From an uncultured Gammaproteobacteria bacterium (GTDB lineage: Bacteria; Pseudomonadota; Gammaproteobacteria; Arenicellales; JAANXG01), in contig CAMYIN010000208.1 of NCBI GenBank assembly GCA_947258495.1, forward strand, positions 1,359 through 65,358: a stretch of 64,000 bases of DNA. The letters run 5' to 3'. This document shows, in pieces, positions 57,045 through 64,000 of the stretch; position 1 is the stretch's first letter; each line of letters begins with the position of its first letter. The notes under the pieces were generated by a model. It did no database searches. It saw only the letters and a list, made by a program, of their open reading frames with translations, and had not been told where the DNA came from. Made by a program: the position numbers and the translations under genes.

Positions 57045-59735
57045 ATGCGTACATCCGCCAACGAGCATTATTTGACGCCCATGTTCCGTCCCCGGTCGGT
57101 GGCCGTGTTCGGCGCCAGCGATAGCGCCAATTCGGTCGGGACGGTGCTGTACCGCAACGTAAGAAAAAGCGGGTTCTCGGGCGGTATTTATGCGATCAAC
57201 CCGAAACACAAGCGGGTACAGGGAGCGAAAGCGCACGCGAGTCTTGCAGAAATCGACGAAGCGGTCGATCTCGCAGTCATCGCCACGCCCGCGTCGACGG
57301 TGCCGACGATTATCGAAGACTGCGGGCGGCGGGGAGTTCCCGCTGCAATAGTCATCTCTGCGGGCTTTCGCGAGATCGGAGACAGCGGAGTAGACCTGGA
57401 GCGGAGAATGCTCACCGCCGCGGCACGTCACGGCGTGCGGATTCTCGGACCCAACTGCCTGGGAGTATTGAGTCCGCACCTAGGGCTCAACGCCACCTTC
57501 AGCGCCAACGACGCGAGGCCCGGCAAACTGGCGCTGGTGTCGCAATCCGGCGCCCTGTGCACCGCTATTCTGGATTGGGCGGAATCCAACAACGTCGGCT
57601 TCTCGCACGTGATCTCGACCGGCATTGGCGCCGACGTCGGCTTCGGCGAGATTCTGGACTTCCTGGTTTCGGATCCCCTTACCGAGGGCATACTGCTATA
57701 CATCGAGGGGATCCGTGACGCGCGCCGGTTCATGAGTGCGCTGCGTGCCGCCGCGCGTGCGAAACCCATTGTGGCGATGAAATCGGGTCGTCACGAACAG
57801 GGGCTCAAGGCGGCGGTATCTCACACCGCGGCCATGATTGGGGGCGACGACATCTTCGACGCCGCACTGCGACGCGCCGGGGTCGTGCGCGTGTTGCATT
57901 TCAGCAACTTCTTTGCCGCCGCCACAGTCTTGGCCAGCGGCCTGCGCGCGAAAGGCGATCGCGCCATGATCGTGACAAACGGAGGCGGTCCCGGAGTCAT
58001 GGCCGCCGATTATCTGACCGACAAACGATTGCAGCTCGCGGAATTGTCGACACAGACGCGCGCGGCACTGGACGAGGTGCTCCCCGACACCTGGTCGCAT
58101 GCAAACCCTATCGACATCATCGGCGACGCCACACCGGAACGCTATCGCCGAGCGGTCGAGATCTGCAGCAGGGACGAAGACTCGGACGGACTGGTCGTGA
58201 TCCTCACGCCCCAGGCCATGACCGATCCTCTTGCGGTGGCGCGGGAGATCACCGCGGCCCACGATAAAAAGCAGAAACCCCTGCTCACTTGCTGGATGGG
58301 GGACGAAGGCGTCGAGCCCAGCCGTAATTGGTTTCACAGGCACGGCATACCGACGTTCCGGACTCCCGAGGCCGCGGTCGACGCCTTTTCGTTTCTCGCC
58401 GCCCATCACCGCAACCAGCAGATGCTACTGCAGGTACCCGAGCCGGCGACCCATGACGACACACCGGACGTTGAGGGCGCCGGCATGATTATCAAAGACG
58501 TGTTGAAGACGTCCCGGCATCTGCTCAACGCGGCGGAATCGAAAGCGGTCCTCGCCGCGTTTCGCATCGTGACCACCAAAAGCATACTGGCGCGCACCCC
58601 GGAAGAGGCGTTGACCGTCGCCGAGGGCCTGGGATTTCCCGTGGTCTTGAAGATCGACTCGGCCGACATCACCCACAAATCCGACGTCAACGGGGTACGC
58701 CTCAACATATCCGGCGCGCGGCACCTACGAGCGGCGTATCAGGACCTGATCGAGTCCGTGCAGAAACAGCGTCCGGAGGCCAGGATTTCAGGGGTATTGA
58801 TCGAGTCCATGATCAAGTCCCCCCACGGAAGAGAACTCATGATCGGCATGGTCCGCGATCCCGTTTTCGGTCCAACGATCAGTTTCGGCATGGGCGGAAC
58901 ACTGGTGGAAGTCCTGGGACAGCAAGCGCTGGCACTTCCACCCCTGAACCGGTTCCTCGCCAAAGAGTTGATGAACAGCGGACGCGTCGCCCGGCTGCTT
59001 TCCGATTTTCGTAATCTGCCGGCGGTAGACGTCGAAAGCATCGTATCCATGCTGCTGCGCGTATCCGAAATGATCTGTGAGCTGCCCTGGCTCGAAGAAC
59101 TCGACATCAATCCACTGATTGCGGACGAAAACGGGGCAATAGTCGTGGACGCCCGCATGGTCGTCGAACCCCGAAGACCCGGCGAATCCAGATACGCGCA
59201 CATGGCGATACACCCATATCCCACGGAGTTGCGGCGTTGTATCCAACTGAGCGACGGCAGTGAAGTCCTGATTCGCCCGATCAGACCGGAGGACGCGCTG
59301 ATCGAAAGCGAGTTCGTGCAACAGCTTTCCGACAAGGCAAAGCACTTTCGATTCATGTACGCGCTGAAGGAGCTCACCCCCGCAATGTTGTCGCGTTTCA
59401 CCCAGATAGACTACGACCGTGAAATGGCCTTGATCGCCGTCGTACAGCGAAAGGGGAAAGAGCAGGAGATCGGCGTCACCCGCTATATCATCAATCCCGA
59501 CGGCAGCAGCTGTGAGTTTGCCATAGTGGTAGACGATGAATGGCAGGGCAAGGGTCTAGCAACGCAATTGTTGGGATATCTGATCGAAATTGCCAGGCAA
59601 AAGGGCCTGCGCAGCATAGAGGGCAAGGTGCTGTCCGATAACAAGGATATGCTGCAGTTGTCGGAAGCTATGGGCTTCCGCATAGAAAGAGACACCGATG
59701 ACCCGCAAGTCATGAACGTCTCCAAGAGGATCTAA
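57045..59735 (+). CDS. Pat/YfiQ-type protein: ADP-forming acyl-CoA synthetase-like domains fused to a GNAT acetyltransferase
   Basis: CoA-binding N-terminus (SVAVFGASDSANSVG), ligase-CoA and ATP-grasp regions, and a C-terminal GNAT domain (FAIVVDDEWQGKGLATQLL). Confidence 0.85.
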   Translation: MRTSANEHYLTPMFRPRSVAVFGASDSANSVGTVLYRNVRKSGFSGGIYAINPKHKRVQGAKAHASLAEIDEAVDLAVIATPASTVPTIIEDCGRRGVPAAIVISAGFREIGDSGVDLERRMLTAAARHGVRILGPNCLGVLSPHLGLNATFSANDARPGKLALVSQSGALCTAILDWAESNNVGFSHVISTGIGADVGFGEILDFLVSDPLTEGILLYIEGIRDARRFMSALRAAARAKPIVAMKSGRHEQGLKAAVSHTAAMIGGDDIFDAALRRAGVVRVLHFSNFFAAATVLASGLRAKGDRAMIVTNGGGPGVMAADYLTDKRLQLAELSTQTRAALDEVLPDTWSHANPIDIIGDATPERYRRAVEICSRDEDSDGLVVILTPQAMTDPLAVAREITAAHDKKQKPLLTCWMGDEGVEPSRNWFHRHGIPTFRTPEAAVDAFSFLAAHHRNQQMLLQVPEPATHDDTPDVEGAGMIIKDVLKTSRHLLNAAESKAVLAAFRIVTTKSILARTPEEALTVAEGLGFPVVLKIDSADITHKSDVNGVRLNISGARHLRAAYQDLIESVQKQRPEARISGVLIESMIKSPHGRELMIGMVRDPVFGPTISFGMGGTLVEVLGQQALALPPLNRFLAKELMNSGRVARLLSDFRNLPAVDVESIVSMLLRVSEMICELPWLEELDINPLIADENGAIVVDARMVVEPRRPGESRYAHMAIHPYPTELRRCIQLSDGSEVLIRPIRPEDALIESEFVQQLSDKAKHFRFMYALKELTPAMLSRFTQIDYDREMALIAVVQRKGKEQEIGVTRYIINPDGSSCEFAIVVDDEWQGKGLATQLLGYLIEIARQKGLRSIEGKVLSDNKDMLQLSEAMGFRIERDTDDPQVMNVSKRI

Positions 59736-60299
59736 CCGGATCGAATATTGCCCCTAAGACCGCCAATGATACTCGGGAGATCGTGCGGCGTCATGGCTTT
59801 GGCGAAAGCTCCCGGCTACGGCAGGCACCAACAGCATCGAAACTTATCGGCTATTTGAATATTCCCAAACATCAATAATTCGCACCACCCATGGCGAGGT
59901 TCCCTGGCGCCGCCCACCGGCGAGGCGCCCATGACCGCTTGTACAATCCAGGGCACAACCTAATATTGTGTGTATCTTTCCCGACGACCTGCCGAACGCA
60001 TGAGAAAAGAATGGATCTTGCTGATCGCCGTGGTCGTACTTACACCACTGGTGTTTACTTGTTCGTCGGCGACCAGGGAGTAATCGGCATGAGCCGAACA
60101 ACTGCGGAACAGAATGGCTGGAGTACGAACGACGTTAATGAAATGGACTTGGACGAATTCAGCCGTCGTCGGTTTCTTGGATTCACGCGAAGCGTGAATC
60201 CAGAAGTGCTGGGACCCGGTGCGAAGTCGCTGGACCGACGCTAAGGGTGCGGAGTCGGTGTCTCCGCCCCCCGTTGTTACGGTAGTCGGTGCCGCTGCG

Positions 60300-61130
60300 T
60301 CAATGCGAGAACAGAACCGGCACCGTCATGTGATTGAGCAGATGGCGTGTGGCGCCGCCCAGTACGAGTTCGCGAAAACGCGAATGCCCGTACGCACCCA
60401 TGACGATCAGATCCGCGGACTTGTCGGCCGAGCGGGACAGCAGTACGTCGCCGATGGAGATCTCCGCGTTGCTGATGGACTCCGCTTGCGCGTTAACGCC
60501 GTGCCGCGACAGATGCAGACTGATTGCCGCACCCGGTATGTCGTTATCCCGTTCTTCCGCGGGCAGGTTGACCGTCAACACGATGACAATCTTAGCGCGT
60601 TTGAGCATCGGAAGCGCGTCGTTGACGGCGCGAACCGACTCGCGACTGCCGCTCCAAGCTACCAGGATGCGCTCGATGACGTACCCCTTCACGCCGATGG
60701 ACGGCACCACCAGCACGGGTCGTCCCGACTCCAGAGCGACTCGGTCGGCAAAAGCCAGCTCCAGGAATTCCGGCAGCTCTCTTTCCGTTTGACCCAACAC
60801 GACCAGATCCGAATACCGGGCATTGCGCACCAACTCCTCGACCGGATTCCCGTCCACTGAACGCCACTCCGCCTGCACTCCATAGTACTCGCATCGAGAT
60901 TCGAACTGCTGCTTGGCCTTGTCGGCTTCGGACTCCGCGCGCTTCGCCTGTTGTTCCAACACGTCCGCGGGGATCTGTGCGTCCACGTACGCCGGTATCG
61001 TCCAGGTGGACATTAGGTATACGCCGGTGAGGTGGGCTTCATAGTCGCGTGCCAAGCTCGCTGCGTACTCCGTGCGTGCAGCGCAAGATTTGGTGTTATC
61101 GATATGCAACAGCACGTCTTTGATCGACAT
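60300..61130 (-). CDS. Tandem universal stress protein (UspE-like)
   Basis: Two Usp domains; the second ends with LIVMGAYGHSRFRELVLGGATRHLL. The ATG at 61130 is preceded by GAGGA. Confidence 0.85.
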   Translation of the reverse strand: MSIKDVLLHIDNTKSCAARTEYAASLARDYEAHLTGVYLMSTWTIPAYVDAQIPADVLEQQAKRAESEADKAKQQFESRCEYYGVQAEWRSVDGNPVEELVRNARYSDLVVLGQTERELPEFLELAFADRVALESGRPVLVVPSIGVKGYVIERILVAWSGSRESVRAVNDALPMLKRAKIVIVLTVNLPAEERDNDIPGAAISLHLSRHGVNAQAESISNAEISIGDVLLSRSADKSADLIVMGAYGHSRFRELVLGGATRHLLNHMTVPVLFSH

Positions 61131-61290
61131 TAGGCTTATCCTCGCAGCGTCTGCAATGGTCGATTGAAGGTTTCTGCAGCGGTGGTTCGCGGCGGCGGAT
61201 CGGTTTTCGAGACCCGTCGCCGGTACCGCAAACTGCGCCGACATAGAGTACCGTCACCATTTGCGTTGGGTTTGACATGACCGAGATCGA

Positions 61291-61899
61291 TCAAGGGTTC
61301 AGCAGGCAAACCTTCCAGTCATCGCCGGATTTACGGTAACACACCCGCTCGTGCAGATGCCGCCAGCCTGCGCGCCAGAACTCTATGCGTTCAGGAAGCA
61401 CTCGATATCCGACCCACGCAGAGGGGCGCGGAACCCTCTGATCCTGATATTGCCTTTGCACCTCGAGCAGACGCTCCTGCAGCGTATCGCGAGATTCCAG
61501 AGGCTCCGATTGTTGCGATGCCCACGCCGCGAACTGACCATCCCGCGCCCTGGTCGCCCAGTACGCATCGGCCTCGTAGTCCTTTACCAATTCTACGAAC
61601 CCTTCGATGGTGACCTGCTCCATCAAAGGCTGGCAGAAGAAGCACAACGCCACCTTCGGGTTGGCGGCGATTTGAACACCCTTGCGGCTGTCCCGGTGAG
61701 TAAAAAACACGAAACCGCGACGGTCGTAGTTCTTGACTACGATCGTTCGAACCGACGGTTGTCCGACTTCGTCCACCGTCGCCAGGGTCATGCTGAGGGG
61801 ACCTCCCAACTCGGTCTTCTTCGCCGTTTGAACCAGCTGATCAAACCGCGTTAGCGCCTCCTCGTAATAATCCACCGCTGCAACCCGAACTGCTCGCAT
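61291..61899 (-). CDS. pdxH: Pyridoxamine 5'-phosphate oxidase PdxH
   Basis: MTLATVDEVGQPSVRTIVVKNYDRRGFVFFT...RIEFWRAGWRHLHERVCYRK...WKVCLLNP. Confidence 0.85.
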   Translation of the reverse strand: MRAVRVAAVDYYEEALTRFDQLVQTAKKTELGGPLSMTLATVDEVGQPSVRTIVVKNYDRRGFVFFTHRDSRKGVQIAANPKVALCFFCQPLMEQVTIEGFVELVKDYEADAYWATRARDGQFAAWASQQSEPLESRDTLQERLLEVQRQYQDQRVPRPSAWVGYRVLPERIEFWRAGWRHLHERVCYRKSGDDWKVCLLNP

Positions 61900-61949
61900 T
61901 CTTACCTCGCTTTCAATTTGAATATAGGCAATAACTACGCGCCGGTGGT

Positions 61950-61963
61950 TTGATCCATATCAA
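61950..61963. promoter_or_regulatory. Perfect FNR/Anr box
   Basis: TTGAT-CCAT-ATCAA. On the minus strand a TATATT hexamer places the box centre near -42.5. It is 57 nt from the pdxH ATG. Confidence 0.7.
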
Positions 61964-62404
61964 TCGTCGACGTAATCCAAAGGCGAAGCGCGTCACCGCA
62001 GCGCTCGGAGCCGGCGACCCGGACCGCTGCTGGCGGCACGTTCGCTCAAAAGCGGTGATGTTTTTGTGAATAGACCTGTGCGCGAGATGCCGGTTTCGTG
62101 AAGATGGGTAGATCGCGGTTCGACGGGGTCATTCGCGCTGCATACCGGCGCAGGCGGCGCATGCAGACGCAGCTATTATAATAATTTATATGGAAATTAA
62201 TACATTTTATGTCTGATTGAATCGGCCCGTGTACGCGTTGCCCGCGCGCGGTACCTCGCCCCCCGGTTCGTTGCCGACTATTCTTTATATAAATCATATA
62301 ATTCAAATCGGTGCGATGACTCCGAAGCGGCGACATGATACCTTCCACGCCCCTAATTCCGTAAGCCATACCCTTTGATCCCCTTGGACTTAGCCGGACA
62401 TAGC

Positions 62405-63058
62405 ATGGCCGCCCAGCCTGAGACCCGGGTCGAATCACCGAGATTGGTGGTCGATGCGGTCAAGGGCGCCCGTGGTGATCGCGTGCTGTTCGAGGACTTG
62501 TCGTTCGCCTTGCACGACGGTCAGCTGTTGCACATCACAGGACCCAACGGCAGCGGAAAAACTACACTGCTGCGGGTGTTGTGCGGGCTGCTGGCGCCGC
62601 TCGAGGGCGTCGTCCGCTGGCGAGGCCAGGATATCCGGAGTTCCGTCTCACGACACAGGCTGGAAAGCACTTACGTCGGACACCGCGATGGACTGAAAGC
62701 AGAACTGACCGCATTCGAGAACCTGCAGATCGTGGCGCGCTTATGCGGATGCCCGGACGGGGAAGGCATCGACGACAGCCTTCGACTCCTGGGACTCTGG
62801 GAACAACAGGACATCATGGTCGGGCACTTGTCGGCGGGCCAGCGGCGGCGATTGGCGCTGGGCCGCTTGATCTTGAAGCCGGCCCTGCTCTGGATATTGG
62901 ACGAGCCGTTTACCGCCATCGACGTCGCGGGCCGGGAGATCATCGAAGCGCAGCTCATCCGGCACCTGGAGGACGACGGAATCGTCGTTTTGACCAGCCA
63001 TCAGGCCCTTGTTCACTCTAAATTGCGCGATCACTGCGTCACCGTCTCCCTGCAATAA
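62405..63058 (+). CDS. ccmA: Heme exporter ATP-binding protein CcmA
   Basis: Walker A GPNGSGKTTLLR, signature LSAGQRRRLAL, Walker B LWILDEP. ccmB follows. Confidence 0.85.
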   Translation: MAAQPETRVESPRLVVDAVKGARGDRVLFEDLSFALHDGQLLHITGPNGSGKTTLLRVLCGLLAPLEGVVRWRGQDIRSSVSRHRLESTYVGHRDGLKAELTAFENLQIVARLCGCPDGEGIDDSLRLLGLWEQQDIMVGHLSAGQRRRLALGRLILKPALLWILDEPFTAIDVAGREIIEAQLIRHLEDDGIVVLTSHQALVHSKLRDHCVTVSLQ

Positions 63059-63064
63059 CTTTAG

Positions 63065-63754
63065 ATGGAAGCAATTCAAACCAACGCGATCGACGCCTTC
63101 ACCACCATCTTCAGGAGGGATCTCAAGCTAGCGATGCGACGCCGATCCGAGCTCGTCAACCCTCTGGCTTTCTTCGTTATCGTCGTGAGCTTATTTCCTC
63201 TGGGACTGTCGGCGGACAGCAACATGCTCCTGCGCGTCGCTCCGGCGGTGTTGTGGATCTCCGCCTTGCTGGCGACGATGTTGTCCTTGGAAAGTATTTT
63301 TCGATCCGACTACGAAGACGGTTCTTTGGAACAACTGGTCCTCAGCCACCATCCTCTGCCGGTTATCGTCTTCGGCAAGATCGCCGCTCACTGGTGTACG
63401 ACGGGTCTGCTGTTGACGCTGATTTCACCCGCCCTGGGGATATCCTTGGCAATGCCTACGGAAAATTTAGGAATCCTGCTCTGGACCTTGCTGCTGGGTA
63501 CCCCTACACTGAGTTTAATCGGGTCTATCGGCGTTGCGCTCACAGTGGGGTTGAGGCGTGGCGGCATTTTACTGGCACTGTTGATTCTGCCGCTCTACAT
63601 ACCCATATTAATTTTCGGCGCCAGCGCCGTGGATATGGCGATGCACAAGCTCGAGGTAGCCGGTCAGCTGTATCTGCTCGCGGCCCTGCTGGCGTTATCA
63701 CTGACGCTGGCGCCATTCGCCGCCTCCGCCGCACTGCGGGTCACACTGGAATAA
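63065..63754 (+). CDS. ccmB: Heme exporter membrane protein CcmB
   Basis: 229 aa, 6 TM, with the typical FRRDLKLAMRRRSELVNPLAFF and EDGSLEQL motifs. Confidence 0.9.
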   Translation: MEAIQTNAIDAFTTIFRRDLKLAMRRRSELVNPLAFFVIVVSLFPLGLSADSNMLLRVAPAVLWISALLATMLSLESIFRSDYEDGSLEQLVLSHHPLPVIVFGKIAAHWCTTGLLLTLISPALGISLAMPTENLGILLWTLLLGTPTLSLIGSIGVALTVGLRRGGILLALLILPLYIPILIFGASAVDMAMHKLEVAGQLYLLAALLALSLTLAPFAASAALRVTLE

Positions 63755-64000
63755 TGATGAAGTTCATTCACAGATTTGCGTCTCCGCGAGAGTTTTTCCG
63801 CATCTCGGGGCGCTTGCTGCCCTGGCTGGCCTCGTTGACTCTGCTGCTGATGCTGATCGGTCTCTATCTCGGACTGCTGGTGGCGCCGCCGGATTACCAA
63901 CAGGGCGAAAGCTACCGCATCATGTTCATCCACGTGCCGAGCGCCTGGATGTCATTGTTCGTATACACGGTGATGGCCGGTGCAGCGGCAATTGGCATGA
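63754..64000 (+). CDS. ccmC: Heme exporter protein CcmC (3' end outside the window)
   Basis: MMKFIHRFASPREFFRISGRLLPW...APPDYQQGESYRIMFIHVPSAWMS. The start overlaps the ccmB stop (TAATG). Confidence 0.85.
   Translation, partial: MMKFIHRFASPREFFRISGRLLPWLASLTLLLMLIGLYLGLLVAPPDYQQGESYRIMFIHVPSAWMSLFVYTVMAGAAAIGM

Noticed and set aside
60180-60202. A perfect 10-bp hairpin considered as an intrinsic terminator for the USP gene or the Pat gene.
   Set aside because: No U-run follows it on either strand. It is about 100 nt from the USP stop and about 450 nt from the Pat stop.
62160-62340. An AT-rich island between pdxH and ccmA, with a similar one at about 39930..39990 upstream of fixL. Both were considered as a horizontally acquired fragment or a ncRNA.
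   Set aside because: They are short, lie in divergent promoter regions and have no ORF or stable hairpin. They are most simply promoter/UP-element or nucleoid-protein-binding DNA.

Overview
High-GC (about 60-65%) proteobacterial chromosomal window, probably from a gammaproteobacterium, with no rRNA, tRNA, CRISPR or prophage genes. All calls come from motif recognition by eye; no database search was run.

Gene content, left to right:
- End of a flagellar flgA-flgM-flgN operon.
- c-di-GMP signalling genes: a GGDEF protein, a GGDEF-EAL protein and an HDOD protein.
- A fliK-like gene paired with a stand-alone FlhB C-terminal fragment gene.
- A large chemotaxis locus: three MCPs, cheA-cheW-mcp-cheB-cheR-cheY plus a CheX-like gene, two more HDOD proteins, and a two-CW cysteine-rich protein.
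- A 6TM K+ channel.
- A large PAS sensor kinase with a FixJ-type regulator.
- An OMF / mini-adaptor / RND efflux operon.
- An oxygen-response block: fixL-fixJ, an orphan receiver, fnr, ccoI-ccoS, a hemerythrin gene, and ccoNOQP-ccoG-ccoH.
- phaC, a cytochrome c'-like lipoprotein, a Pat-type acetyltransferase, a tandem USP, pdxH and ccmABC.

Signals read directly from the DNA:
- Five sigma-28-type promoters in front of flagellar and chemotaxis units.
- Three FNR/Anr-type boxes (two perfect TTGAT-N4-ATCAA) with class II geometry.
- A CTAG-flanked MITE-like element in two copies, each abutting a TAG stop codon.
- A 156-bp structured tandem repeat.

The most unusual coding features are a 119-aa lipoprotein standing in for a full-length RND adaptor, a sigma-28-driven operon of a periplasmic DOMON/EB_dh-like protein with an MCP, and an MCP with a hemerythrin-like tail whose ligand set looks degenerate.
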